Notes under the pieces: generated by a model
Told to the model about the DNA's origin: nothing
What the model saw: the letters and a program-made list of their open reading frames with translations, nothing else
Databases searched by the model: none
In this document: positions 9,175-19,532 of the stretch, piece by piece
Layout: every line of letters begins with the position of its first letter
How positions within the stretch are numbered: position 1 is the stretch's first letter
NCBI GenBank assembly: GCA_015486375.1
Contig: WFRR01000173.1
Span: 1-44,537, forward strand
From: Thiotrichaceae bacterium
GTDB taxonomy: Bacteria; Pseudomonadota; Gammaproteobacteria; Thiotrichales; Thiotrichaceae
Reading direction: 5' to 3'
Length of the DNA: 44,537 nucleotides
Position numbers and translations under genes: made by a program

Positions 9175-10350
9175 ATGACAATAGGTCTTACGACATTCAT
9201 TTCAAGTATCGCTATTTTGATATTTACAATCAGTCTAGCAGGCTGTGAAACTGTTCCTGTTTATGATCCAAGTAAGGTGCAATGGCCAACTTCCCAAAGT
9301 AATCCAAATGTACCCAGAGGAACGATTCCAGAAGCCAACCCTTACAACCCTGCTCCTAGAAACACCACAACAAACCGTGATAGTAGTGCGCCTACTTATA
9401 ATACAGGTAATAGTAATACGAATAATGGACGTACTGGCGATTATATGGGCTATCCTGCTTTGCGAAAATTTATCGCAAAAATGAATCAAGAGCACAAATT
9501 TAGTACCGCATTTTTAGAAAAAATCTTTAGACCGATTCAACGCAGTGACGCGGTGCTTGGCAAAGTCCGCGCGCCTGCTGAAGGCAAAGCATGGCGAGCC
9601 TATCGCCCTATTTTCTTAACGGAAGACCGTATTCGAGGCGGTGTTGATTTTTGGAATCGTCATAACACGGCATTAACCGCAGCAACACAAAAGTTCGGTG
9701 TACCTGCTGAGTATATTGTCGCCATTATCGGTGTAGAAACGGCTTACGGGCGCAATGTGGGTAAATATAATGTCCTTCAAAGCTTAACCACCTTAGCCTT
9801 TGATTTCCCCAAGCGAGGCGATTTTTATCGTAGTGAATTAGAGCATTTCCTTTTATTAACGCGGACTGAAAAAATTAATCCACATTCCCTCACAGGTTCT
9901 TATGCCGGTGCAATGGGCATGTCTCAATTTATCTCTAGTAGCTACCGTAGCTATGCGATTGATTTTGACCGTGATGGTAAAAAGGATTTATGGAGACCAG
10001 GTGATGCCATTGGTAGTGTGGCTAATTATTTCTCTAAGCACGGTTGGAAACGCGGTGGTGATGTCGCCGTACCGACAACAATTTCAGGGAATAACTTCGA
10101 CCAGATGGGCGATGTTACTGCGAAAAAACCGCGTTACTCCATGAATCAACTCAGTCGAGCAGGGGTACGTCCCGCAGGGCCTTGGCGTTTTTGGTCTGAT
10201 AAAGTGAGCCTGATTAAACTAGTTGGAACACGAGAGACTGAATATTGGATTGGTGGTAAGAACTTTTATGTTATTACGCGTTATAACCATAGCCCTAAAT
10301 ATGCAATGGCAGTACATCAATTAGCCCAAGAAATCCGTAAACGTCATTAA
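9175..10350 (+). CDS. mltB: Membrane-bound lytic murein transglycosylase B (lipoprotein)
   Basis: Lipobox LAGC at residues 20-24. Pro/Asn-rich linker. MltB-like catalytic region (…IIGVETAYGRNVG…MGMSQF…). GAGGA RBS 8 nt upstream. Synteny mrdA-rodA-mltB is common in gammaproteobacteria. Confidence 0.9.
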   Translation: MTIGLTTFISSIAILIFTISLAGCETVPVYDPSKVQWPTSQSNPNVPRGTIPEANPYNPAPRNTTTNRDSSAPTYNTGNSNTNNGRTGDYMGYPALRKFIAKMNQEHKFSTAFLEKIFRPIQRSDAVLGKVRAPAEGKAWRAYRPIFLTEDRIRGGVDFWNRHNTALTAATQKFGVPAEYIVAIIGVETAYGRNVGKYNVLQSLTTLAFDFPKRGDFYRSELEHFLLLTRTEKINPHSLTGSYAGAMGMSQFISSSYRSYAIDFDRDGKKDLWRPGDAIGSVANYFSKHGWKRGGDVAVPTTISGNNFDQMGDVTAKKPRYSMNQLSRAGVRPAGPWRFWSDKVSLIKLVGTRETEYWIGGKNFYVITRYNHSPKYAMAVHQLAQEIRKRH

Positions 10351-10367
10351 AAAACGTTGCTAACTAT

Positions 10368-11153
10368 ATGTCTATTTTATTAAATTACCGTATTTATCAG
10401 CATGAAACGCAACATAATGATCCTACACCCGTCATTATGTTACATGGCTTATTAGGTAGTTTGGATAATTGGAATTCTCAAGCTAAAAAGTTATTGCCTC
10501 AACGGCGAGTGATTAGTATTGATTTACGCAATCATGGTCACTCTCCCCACGTTAAAGGTATGTCATACCGTGAAATGACCGCTGATATTATTGCCTTACT
10601 GGATGATTTAAATATTGCACACTGTGATTTAATGGGGCATTCAATGGGTGGAAAAGTCGCCATGAGCTTAGCTCTGCGTTATCCGCAGCGGGTACGATGT
10701 TTAGTTGTTGTTGATATTGCACCTAAAGCCTACTCACCTAAACATCAAGCCATTTTATATGCAATGTTAAGCTTGCCGTTTAAAACCATTAAGCAACGTA
10801 AGCAAGCTGAACAATGGTTATCAAGTGTGGTTTCTAATCCCGTTGAACGCAGCTTTTTATTGAAAAATTTAAAGCGCAATGCAACAGGTTTTTATTGGCA
10901 GTGTCATCTGTCTGAAATTGCTAAAAACTATCTAAAAATATCCAGTTTTCATCTGGGTAAACAGCAACGCTATACTGCACCGACGCTGTTTATTAAAGGT
11001 GGACAATCGGATTATATTCAAGCTCAAGATTATGCTTTAATCCAACAATGCTTCCCCAATTCCAAAATACAGTGCTTAGAACAAGCAGGTCATTTGCCTC
11101 ATGTGGAAGATACTCAAGGGTTTTATCATTTATTAGCAGAATTTTTACAGTAA
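10368..11153 (+). CDS. ybfF: Alpha/beta-hydrolase esterase, YbfF-like
   Basis: Aligns along its length with E. coli YbfF (VIMLHGLLGSLDNW…RNHGHSP…GHSMGGKVAMSLAL…VVDIAP). Nucleophile elbow GHSMGG. Confidence 0.8.
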   Translation: MSILLNYRIYQHETQHNDPTPVIMLHGLLGSLDNWNSQAKKLLPQRRVISIDLRNHGHSPHVKGMSYREMTADIIALLDDLNIAHCDLMGHSMGGKVAMSLALRYPQRVRCLVVVDIAPKAYSPKHQAILYAMLSLPFKTIKQRKQAEQWLSSVVSNPVERSFLLKNLKRNATGFYWQCHLSEIAKNYLKISSFHLGKQQRYTAPTLFIKGGQSDYIQAQDYALIQQCFPNSKIQCLEQAGHLPHVEDTQGFYHLLAEFLQ

Positions 11154-11208
11154 CGAATGCTTGTTTTTTGAACTTCAATAAAAAATCAAAGCTACTCTAT
11201 ATAATGGC

Positions 11209-11745
11209 TTATTCACCCTCAAATTCACACAATGAAAAGCATGGACAATTCAGTTTCGTTTGTAAATATTGACTGCCGCCTAAATCGGGTAGATCAACCA
11301 CAAAACAACTTTCTATAATATTACCTTCTAGCTTGCGAATGAGTTTAATCGCTGCCGCCGCCGTTCCTCCTGTGGCAATTAAATCGTCAATTAATAAAAT
11401 ACGATCATTTGCCTGAATACAGTCCTTATGGATTTCAATTTTATCTTCCCCATATTCTAATTGATAAGATTGGCTGACCGTTTCAGCGGGTAATTTACCT
11501 GCTTTGCGTACCGTAATAAATGCAGCTCCCAGCTCATATGCCACGGCTGATCCAAAAATAAACCCTCGTGCTTCAATGCCTGCAACAGCAGTAATATTTT
11601 GCTCCATATAGCGATGTACAATGGCATCAATCGTCATTCGTAATGCTTTGGGGTTTTCTAATAAAGTTGTAATATCACGAAATTGAATGCCTGCTTTAGG
11701 ATAATCAGGAATGGTGCGAATAGAGGATTTAATCAGTTCATACAT
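11209..11745 (-). CDS. apt: Adenine phosphoribosyltransferase
   Basis: Classic Apt N-terminus ([21 protein letters not shown]) and PRPP-binding motif [17 protein letters not shown]. 178 aa. Confidence 0.95.
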   Translation of the reverse strand: MYELIKSSIRTIPDYPKAGIQFRDITTLLENPKALRMTIDAIVHRYMEQNITAVAGIEARGFIFGSAVAYELGAAFITVRKAGKLPAETVSQSYQLEYGEDKIEIHKDCIQANDRILLIDDLIATGGTAAAAIKLIRKLEGNIIESCFVVDLPDLGGSQYLQTKLNCPCFSLCEFEGE

Positions 11746-11802
11746 AATACTAAAAGGGTCAGTTATAAATAAGGGATAGTATCAGCTTGATAAAATCATC
11801 TG

Positions 11803-14800
11803 TTATTTTTTAGTACGGAGTTGTGTTACCCAATCCAATTTAGCTCGCGAAATTTTAGACAGTTTGTTTAATTCCTTACCTATATATTCAATATTATCCA
11901 CAATACGTTGAGTAACCTCAGCAGACTGTTGACCTGCTTGTTGTTTAGTTTGAAAATTTTGTTTGATTTGCTTCCAGCGTTTCTGTTGTTCTACGCTCAT
12001 ATTGCCGCGAAGTTCTGCTAATTTAAGTAAATTTTCTTCTGCACCTTGGGTGAGTAATTGCGCTTCACCTAGATAGTGATCATGGGTCATTTGCAACAGT
12101 TCTTGTTTATTCATCACTGCGGAGACTTTCTCAACCATTTTATTCATATTGCGATAGCTACCTTGTAACTTAAAGGCAGGCTCAGTACGATATTCATCCG
12201 CTTGTGCAGCGGAGGCAATATATTGTTGATTGACTTTTAATACTAATACTTGAATCTGTAATAGTTTCTTAAATACTTCTACAATTTCATTACGTTCTGC
12301 CCCACTATAGTCATAATTTAAAGCACTACTATTGACGTTTTTACCTTTTGCCATATCAATCAGTAAATAGGTATCTGCCATATCACGTACAGCTAGTGGT
12401 GCTAAAATAGGGTTAGAGGTTAAGCTATTTTCAATATAACTGAGTGAAAAGGCTTCTTCTGCTCCGCCGAGAATATCACCTAAATTATAAATATCTGCAC
12501 GATTAGCTAACATATCAGGGATTTTGAAAGCTTCGCCTGATTCGGTATAAGGATTACCCGCCATAACAATACAAAATTTCTTACCGCGCATATCATAGGT
12601 TTTAGCGCGTTCTTTCCAGACTCCTTCAATACGACGGGTTGCATCACTCAGGGAAATAAATTTCTGCAAAAATTCTGCATTGGTATGTTGTATATCATCT
12701 AAATACAACATAAGATTATTGCCCATTTCTAAGCCCATATTCAGCTTTTTCAATTCTTGCCGTGAAGCAGAATCAGGTGCTTGGCTAGGGTCAAGTGACA
12801 CGACACTATGCCCGAGTGAAGGACAATTAATCTTCATAAAGATCAAGCCTAAACGATTAGCAACATACTCCATTAAAGTGGTTTTACCATAACCTGGAGG
12901 TGAAATCATCATTAATAAACCCATTAAATCCGAACGCTTATTCTCACCTACCGTTCCCATTTGTTTAGCTAAATTATCGCCAATCATGGGCAGGTATTGT
13001 TCATTAATAAGTCGATTACGCACAAAGGAAGATAAGGGTCGAGCTTTGAATTCTTCTAAACGTAAAGCTTCACGTTGTTCATTGATAATACGACTACGCA
13101 ATTGATGGTAGCGATAAAATTGGGGAATAACAATTTCTTGATGATGTTGATATTGTAGTAAAAAACGATCTAAACCTAAATGTAAGCATTGCTGATCAAT
13201 TTTGGGATGTTCTCCCATTAAATCGACAACCTTAAATTCTAATGCTGTCTTATTTTCTCGTAAGGTAATCTGTGGTGCAATTAATAAAGCAATCGTTTCA
13301 GGAATATAATGTAGATAATTGTTTGGATCAGTAGCACTTAACATTGCCTGTAACCATGCGGAAATTAACTGCCATTGTTGGGTATAATCATCACCTAATT
13401 TTTCTAAGGCAATTTTAAAATCTTGCCAAATACGCGAAATATCTAACTTACGACGTAATTGATCTAATAGTTGTGTGGCATATAGACTACTTACAAAGGT
13501 TTTATCCGCACGGGCAAGTTCTTGACTTAAATAATCTGCGGCATAATTTACAGTCAGTGAACGAGCTTCAATAATAGAGTGGGTGTCTAAAAAGCAATTT
13601 AATTCGCCTTGTATTTCTTGTTTTAATAAGTCATAAGCATCACTACAAGTAAAAACTGTTTGCATTTGAGCCGCTGATTTTGCTCGTTTTCGCCATGTAC
13701 GTTGTAGATTTTGATTTTTAGTCACAGCCCAGAATACACGGGCTAAACCGCGTTGCAAGGGATCAAAACGTAATAATTCTGCGGCACTGCGAATGGGTAA
13801 AATTTGAGTAATAATTTTAGCCGCATCATAATCATGAATCCCTTTTTCATAACCCTCTTTATAACGTGGAGCAGTAAAGGCTGTAATGGTTTTTAATAAT
13901 TGTTGAGGTTGACTAACTTGTTGCTGTAATTGTTCAAGATTAAAAATGACTGCATTATCGCTATCATTTTGGCTATTTTGACCCTCATGCTTATTTCTAT
14001 TACTTTCTGCGGCAGCTAGTATTTGTCCTGCTAAATATTCAGCCCGATAAAACTGAGGTGTTTCTGAAACTAATGCTTGTTGCCAATAATCTTGACTGTC
14101 ATTTAGTTCAGGAATATCGATAGCTTCAAAGAAATCCGTCCCCGTAAGATGAATATGTAAACGATTATTACGGGGCAATAAAGTAATGTCTAACGCTTGG
14201 GTATTGACACTAAAACGGTGCTTTTTACCCAGCCTAATAATATTACCACCTGATTCATAAATCTCAGATTTGTCCCGTAAACTCCGAAAAGCTTGATCTT
14301 GATTAGATTTTAAGCGGGATTCAATATCATCTGCTTTAACACTGTCGTCCAAGTCTCGTAGTGTTGCAGCAATACTACGTGCTTTGATAATCAGTGGATC
14401 AGAAACGTAGAAAGTATTTAAACTATCAACATCATTAAACTTTTCCCCTCGGCGTTGAATTGAACTTAAAATACGCTTGGCGGCATCCAGTAAATTTTGG
14501 GCTTTACGTTGACGTTCGTCTACTAAGACTTGTTTGTGTGCTTCAAAGGTTTCATAAACTTCATCGCGTTTAGTCATAATATCGCTAAGAAATTCATCAA
14601 ATTCACTAAACTGACTTTCAATTTCTTCAAGCTGAATCAGGAGACGACTGAGTTGTTCATCAGTTTTATCAGGGTCGGTCGATAAGCTCAGTGCATTGGC
14701 AATGCCTTGTCCAAATAGTTTAAATTGTGCTGAAAATTGTGCAATAGACTCAGCCGAACCCAAGTCTTTTTGTTTATGTTTAGCCCGAGCTTTACTTTGA

Positions 14801-16896
14801 TTCAGCCTAGAATATAGCTCAGAAATAGCCTCGATAATCACCGTGCGAACGGTGGCATCATCCACGCTTAAGGTCGTCATTAATTCAGATAATAAATCCA
14901 AATCCGCTGACATTTTATTTAAACCCTGCAATGGTTCATCTAATTGTGTGCGGGTCTTTACGGCTTCTAATTGTTGTTCTAATAGAATTAAATTGTCATT
15001 ATAAGGTGTTAAGGCTTGCTCACTGGAAAGAAAGGCAACCGTATCATCACCAAGTCGCTCTTGGGCTTGAAGCAGTTGTTGATCCAATTTTTCAATCTGC
15101 ACTTGATCAATATAACGATAAGCTTTAATGGTAATTAAATGCCCACGTTGTTGCCGAATTTGAGTGAGTGCATCAACAAATTCTTCTACTTTTTGCCAAC
15201 CATCAGGTAATAAACGGGCAATTAATTCTTTTTGCTGTGCTTGTGCATATTGGATCGCATCAATGGCTTTTTTACGGATGGATTCGACTTTTTCAAACTC
15301 ATCCAAAACTAATTCAGATGTTTGAGCAATTTCATGCAAACTTTGATTAATTGTGCCGAGTCGCGCTTTATTCAGCCAGTAATAGCTATCAAATAAACGC
15401 CGACTATTATTGATTAACTGCGTGTACCTCGGTACAGAAATGGTTTTATTATCGATTTCTCGGGCAATACTGTATAAATCAGAAATGCCACGTACTAACT
15501 CATTATTACCAATTTTGGCGTAAAAGCTATGTCCAACACTTTGCTGACTGGCATATTCCTCTGAGGTAAATGGTGTTTGCCAGATTTGCATAGGATGAGT
15601 ACGGGTTGCCGTTTCACCTTCTGCATTGAAAATAACCATAGTGCCATTATCTAAAATGGCATAGCCATGTCCAAATAGTGGATTTTGTAAACTTTTATTA
15701 ATTAAATTATAAGAATATAGGGCTGATTCACCTGCTTCAGGGCGATAAAAAATATAAACAATATCTTCCCCGTTGGGAGAAATAATGGCACGCTTAAACT
15801 GTAATTCATGCGTATCATCATTGAATTGTTTAAATGCTCCATCTTGTAAATACATTCCTCCTGGAAAAATAATTCCATGATTTTCAGGTAATTGTATACA
15901 GGATTCACCAATTGCATCAATGCGTTGCACATCACGGGTAATACGATTAAAAACTAAATAACGCCACTGTTCCTCATGATAAGGTAAAATCTTTAATAAA
16001 ATTAATTGCCCTATTTCTGCATAGTAGATTTTACCATCGTCTAAAGATTGGTTTTTATCCTCGACTTCTTCTGCATAAATCCCCAAGCCCGACAGAGTAT
16101 TATTTTCAACCTTAACGGTTAAATCACCCCCCACTGTTTCTACAAAGATATGATCAAGGATATTGACATGCGGATGACGACCATTAACCTGATGTTCGCG
16201 TCCTGTTTCTACCCAATCAAAATCATAACGTTGCGGTAAAGCAATTTCACGCTCACCTCGATTATCAATATAGTTAATCGTATGTAAGCCTTCTGAACTG
16301 GGGGGTTCAATTTGCCAACGAAATACGCGAATATCGGTGAGTTTATTACCAATTTGGAAGGATGCTAATAAACGATTGTTTTTCACAATCAATTGAATCA
16401 GCTTTGCGCCTTTGTAATAGGTATACAGTTCTTTAAAATCTTGTTGAAAATGGGGTTCACTTAGAAAAGTATCCGTGAAATTCACCGCTTCCATTTCATA
16501 ACTAGCAGCTTTAGCACTGGATTTACCCGTACTATCGATATTTTCAGCACTGCTAGAATTGCTTTGCTTAACTAAGCGATACAGTGAAAATACATCTTCA
16601 ATATGAGTTTCTTTTTTTAAACCCATAAACACATTATAGGCAAATAATAAATAATCCCCCACAGGTACAATATCACGGGCAATACAATTATTTTTAGTGC
16701 GAACCCGCAAACGTCCAATCACTGCCATATCAGAATTACCAAACTCTGCTAAGCGTGCCTGATTTAATTCGTTGACAGCGTCGGTAAGTTGCTGACCTTG
16801 CATTTCTAAACGCTGACGAATAATGCCATAAGCACCGCCTTCTGCAACGGCTTGGTCTGTCAGGCTTTGCTCAGATGTAGATAGGGAATCAGACAT
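11803..16896 (-). CDS. Giant (1697 aa) protein of unknown function with a single C-terminal AAA_5/MoxR-type ATPase module
   Basis: Uninterrupted 5.1-kb ORF. Walker A ISPPGYGKTTL (~aa 1330; DNA ~12876-12893). Walker B LMLYLDDIQ. Sensor-1-like CIVMAGNPYTE. 'IPDMLANRADIY' resembles the AAA_5 C-terminal block. The N-terminal ~1300 aa has no P-loop or other recognisable motif: a β-rich region, then long helical/coiled-coil stretches. It is co-directional with, and 62 bp downstream of, the flotillin gene. Confidence 0.85.
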   Translation of the reverse strand: MSDSLSTSEQSLTDQAVAEGGAYGIIRQRLEMQGQQLTDAVNELNQARLAEFGNSDMAVIGRLRVRTKNNCIARDIVPVGDYLLFAYNVFMGLKKETHIEDVFSLYRLVKQSNSSSAENIDSTGKSSAKAASYEMEAVNFTDTFLSEPHFQQDFKELYTYYKGAKLIQLIVKNNRLLASFQIGNKLTDIRVFRWQIEPPSSEGLHTINYIDNRGEREIALPQRYDFDWVETGREHQVNGRHPHVNILDHIFVETVGGDLTVKVENNTLSGLGIYAEEVEDKNQSLDDGKIYYAEIGQLILLKILPYHEEQWRYLVFNRITRDVQRIDAIGESCIQLPENHGIIFPGGMYLQDGAFKQFNDDTHELQFKRAIISPNGEDIVYIFYRPEAGESALYSYNLINKSLQNPLFGHGYAILDNGTMVIFNAEGETATRTHPMQIWQTPFTSEEYASQQSVGHSFYAKIGNNELVRGISDLYSIAREIDNKTISVPRYTQLINNSRRLFDSYYWLNKARLGTINQSLHEIAQTSELVLDEFEKVESIRKKAIDAIQYAQAQQKELIARLLPDGWQKVEEFVDALTQIRQQRGHLITIKAYRYIDQVQIEKLDQQLLQAQERLGDDTVAFLSSEQALTPYNDNLILLEQQLEAVKTRTQLDEPLQGLNKMSADLDLLSELMTTLSVDDATVRTVIIEAISELYSRLNQSKARAKHKQKDLGSAESIAQFSAQFKLFGQGIANALSLSTDPDKTDEQLSRLLIQLEEIESQFSEFDEFLSDIMTKRDEVYETFEAHKQVLVDERQRKAQNLLDAAKRILSSIQRRGEKFNDVDSLNTFYVSDPLIIKARSIAATLRDLDDSVKADDIESRLKSNQDQAFRSLRDKSEIYESGGNIIRLGKKHRFSVNTQALDITLLPRNNRLHIHLTGTDFFEAIDIPELNDSQDYWQQALVSETPQFYRAEYLAGQILAAAESNRNKHEGQNSQNDSDNAVIFNLEQLQQQVSQPQQLLKTITAFTAPRYKEGYEKGIHDYDAAKIITQILPIRSAAELLRFDPLQRGLARVFWAVTKNQNLQRTWRKRAKSAAQMQTVFTCSDAYDLLKQEIQGELNCFLDTHSIIEARSLTVNYAADYLSQELARADKTFVSSLYATQLLDQLRRKLDISRIWQDFKIALEKLGDDYTQQWQLISAWLQAMLSATDPNNYLHYIPETIALLIAPQITLRENKTALEFKVVDLMGEHPKIDQQCLHLGLDRFLLQYQHHQEIVIPQFYRYHQLRSRIINEQREALRLEEFKARPLSSFVRNRLINEQYLPMIGDNLAKQMGTVGENKRSDLMGLLMMISPPGYGKTTLMEYVANRLGLIFMKINCPSLGHSVVSLDPSQAPDSASRQELKKLNMGLEMGNNLMLYLDDIQHTNAEFLQKFISLSDATRRIEGVWKERAKTYDMRGKKFCIVMAGNPYTESGEAFKIPDMLANRADIYNLGDILGGAEEAFSLSYIENSLTSNPILAPLAVRDMADTYLLIDMAKGKNVNSSALNYDYSGAERNEIVEVFKKLLQIQVLVLKVNQQYIASAAQADEYRTEPAFKLQGSYRNMNKMVEKVSAVMNKQELLQMTHDHYLGEAQLLTQGAEENLLKLAELRGNMSVEQQKRWKQIKQNFQTKQQAGQQSAEVTQRIVDNIEYIGKELNKLSKISRAKLDWVTQLRTKK

Positions 16897-16958
16897 AATG
16901 ATTTTCTTTATTTAGGAAAGATAAGCTGAGGTAATACGCTTGGTATTCTATATAACAA

Positions 16959-18890
16959 TTATTTATCTAAAAATTTACCAATGAGTTTCTGTAAATCAGG
17001 GCTTTTGGATACTGCACCTTCAATAGATTTACCTAAAGAGAGTGAACGTGCAAAGGATTTAAAATAATCCCCTTCTCCACCAACAATATCAATATTGGCC
17101 TTAGATAGTGCTGTCGCAAGGACTTTAGCTTGATCAGCGGCAATCACTTTGCTGGCATCAATTTCTGCTAAGGTTTGTTCTAGGTTTTTCTCTAACTTCA
17201 TACGGAATTCTTCATGCTCACGAGCCGTATCACTCATCTGTGCCATTGCATTAAATTTCTCGATTAAACCATCTGCTTCAGCTTTAAACTGTTCACGGGT
17301 AACATTGGCTTCGGCTAAACCCATATTATTCGTCCCTTTAGCTTCTGCATCCATCTTTTCTTCCATCACTCGTGCTTCCATCAAGCCTTGTTTTTCCTCT
17401 GCAATCGCCTTCGCTTCAATACCTTGGGCTTCGGCTTCCATTTTATGTTGTAAAACATTGGCTTCGGCGAGACCTTCTTTTTCCATTGCAATCGCATTGG
17501 CTTGTTTAACATTTGCTTTAGCCAGCCCTGAAGCTGCCTCTTCAGCTTGAGTGCCTTCGGCTAATTGTTTTTTTGCATCCGTTGCTTTTGCAGCAACTTC
17601 TAATTCTGCTTGAGCAATGGTATTGAGTTCTTTAGCCCGATAAGTTGATTTAACTTCATCGGCTTCAGCTTGTTTAACTTGCTTAACTAAGCCTTCTTCT
17701 GCTTCTGCTTCCGCTGCAATAATTTGTGCGCGTTTAGCGCGTTCTGCTTCAGAAATAACGCGGACTTCTTTAATTTTCTCTTCTTGCTCAGCAACAGTTT
17801 TTTCAACGGCAATTCGCTCTCGAATTACATTAGCAATTTCTTTTTTCTCGTGTTCTAAGGCTTTTTCTTTTTCAATACTCTGAATTTCAACTTCACGCTC
17901 TCTGGCAACAATTTCTAAGTCGCGCGCTTTTTGTACCCGTTCCTCTTCAATCGCGACGGCACGAAGACGATTATTTTCAGCCACTTCAATTTCGCGGTGC
18001 ATATTTTCTTCACGAACTTGTAGCTGCTCTTCTGTTTCAATATAAGCTTGTTGTGAACGTAGACGCTCTTCCTCTTGGACTTTCTTTGTTTCCGCTTCTT
18101 CACGGGCTTGAATACTGGAAACCTCACGCGCTTGCTTTGCTTCTGCATCAGCCTGCTGACGCTCTAATGCCAACATGGATTCACGAGTTTCTACATTCTT
18201 TTTCTTAATTGCTAGCTCTTCATTCTTTTCAAATTCATTAGTTTTGATATTTTGAATGGCGGTTAATTCAGTGATTTTACGAATACCTTCCGAATCCATA
18301 ATATTATTGAAATCTAATGAAGATTTAGGTGTTTGTTCCAAATAATCAATCGCAACATCTTCAAGAATATAACCATTAAGATCATCACCAATGACTTCAA
18401 TAATCTTGTCACGAAAAGCAATACGGTTTTCAAATAAGTCTACAAAATTAAGTTGTTTACCAACCGTTTTCAGAGCTTCTGAGAATTTTGCATTAAATAA
18501 TTCATTTACCGCATCACGATCAGAAGCACGATCTGCACCAATAGACTTAGCCACTTTGAGCACATCTTCTTGAGTTTCATTAACACGTAAATAAAAGGCA
18601 ACTACAATGTCAGCCCGAATATTATCGCGACAAATCAAGCCATCTTTGCTTTTACGGGATAGCTCCATCGTAATTAAGGAAATTTTCATTAATTCTTTTT
18701 TATTAATGATTGGCCAGACAATCCCACCTGTAAATTTAACTTTTGGGGTTCGAGAAGTATCATTGATAATCAACGCCCAGCCTTGCTGAACTTTAACATA
18801 GAACATGGCAAAACCCATGATCGCTCCCACCAGTATCAAGGCAAAAATGCCAACAACGGTAAAGATTAGAATAGTGAGGGTGCTTTCCAT
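16959..18890 (-). CDS. Flotillin-family SPFH/band-7 protein (YqiK-like)
   Basis: N-terminal TM helix, then an SPFH domain, then a long Glu/Ala-rich coiled coil (EA repeats) typical of flotillins. 643 aa. AAGGAA RBS 7 nt upstream. 21 bp downstream of the NfeD-like gene. Confidence 0.85.
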   Translation of the reverse strand: MESTLTILIFTVVGIFALILVGAIMGFAMFYVKVQQGWALIINDTSRTPKVKFTGGIVWPIINKKELMKISLITMELSRKSKDGLICRDNIRADIVVAFYLRVNETQEDVLKVAKSIGADRASDRDAVNELFNAKFSEALKTVGKQLNFVDLFENRIAFRDKIIEVIGDDLNGYILEDVAIDYLEQTPKSSLDFNNIMDSEGIRKITELTAIQNIKTNEFEKNEELAIKKKNVETRESMLALERQQADAEAKQAREVSSIQAREEAETKKVQEEERLRSQQAYIETEEQLQVREENMHREIEVAENNRLRAVAIEEERVQKARDLEIVAREREVEIQSIEKEKALEHEKKEIANVIRERIAVEKTVAEQEEKIKEVRVISEAERAKRAQIIAAEAEAEEGLVKQVKQAEADEVKSTYRAKELNTIAQAELEVAAKATDAKKQLAEGTQAEEAASGLAKANVKQANAIAMEKEGLAEANVLQHKMEAEAQGIEAKAIAEEKQGLMEARVMEEKMDAEAKGTNNMGLAEANVTREQFKAEADGLIEKFNAMAQMSDTAREHEEFRMKLEKNLEQTLAEIDASKVIAADQAKVLATALSKANIDIVGGEGDYFKSFARSLSLGKSIEGAVSKSPDLQKLIGKFLDK

Positions 18891-18911
18891 AATGTGTTCC
18901 TTGTATTTTCT

Positions 18912-19532
18912 TTATTGTTTTGCAGTAACCAGATAGGTATGTTGACCAGCGTTATATTTCTTTAAAGTAACTGAATTGCCTCGTTGCAAGGTATTAACAT
19001 GTTCACAACGTATTTTCAAAATTAAGCCTGCCCCCCCATCATTAAATTTAGCTTCACCAAAATTCGCCGTGACTTTTGAACTCCGTACAATAGCTGTTTT
19101 TCCGATAATATCCTGAGAACTTTGAGCATTGTGTCCTTTAAATAATGGTTTTAAAGGCGTAATAATTATTGCGACCAGCGGTGCAGTTAGCAATGGCGTG
19201 AGAATAATAATCCATATGCCTAATACAACCCGTAACCACTCTGCATTAATTTGTGTACTAAAGTGATACACCATTAAAAAACACAGTAGCCATGATAATA
19301 AAATAATTAGCGATAGTGAAATAGTGACAGGTACACCCTCTAACTTAAATTTATTTAGAAAGCTTCCCAATAAGCTGAAGTCAGACTCTCCATCTGCATC
19401 GAGATCAACATCCAGTACATCCAGATCAAAAAAACCAATCACTGAGAATAGCCAGTAAATGGTCACAATGGCTAATAAACCTGTGTAAAGTGCGGTGGGG
19501 AAAGTGAACGAAATGTGTATAAAATTTTCCAT
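18912..19532 (-). CDS. NfeD/YqiJ-like membrane protein (flotillin partner)
   Basis: 206 aa. Hydrophobic N-terminal half with 3-4 TM segments. C-terminal soluble β-rich OB-like tail (…GKTAIVRS…GAGLILKIR…). Size and arrangement match E. coli yqiJ-yqiK. Confidence 0.7.
   Translation of the reverse strand: MENFIHISFTFPTALYTGLLAIVTIYWLFSVIGFFDLDVLDVDLDADGESDFSLLGSFLNKFKLEGVPVTISLSLIILLSWLLCFLMVYHFSTQINAEWLRVVLGIWIIILTPLLTAPLVAIIITPLKPLFKGHNAQSSQDIIGKTAIVRSSKVTANFGEAKFNDGGAGLILKIRCEHVNTLQRGNSVTLKKYNAGQHTYLVTAKQ

Noticed and set aside
9235-9495. Overlapping 79-aa and 86-aa ORFs on both strands
   Set aside because: They fall inside the low-complexity Pro/Asn/Thr-rich linker region of mltB. The mltB frame carries the lipobox and catalytic domain.
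17149-17550. 133-aa Ala/Ser-rich ORF on the + strand
   Set aside because: It lies antisense to the E/A-rich coiled-coil region of the flotillin gene. Its low-complexity composition simply mirrors the sense-strand repeats.
17300-17760. Tandem-repeat-like DNA (gcttc(a/g)gc…)
   Set aside because: It is explained by the Glu/Ala-rich coiled-coil coding region of the flotillin gene and is not an independent repeat element.
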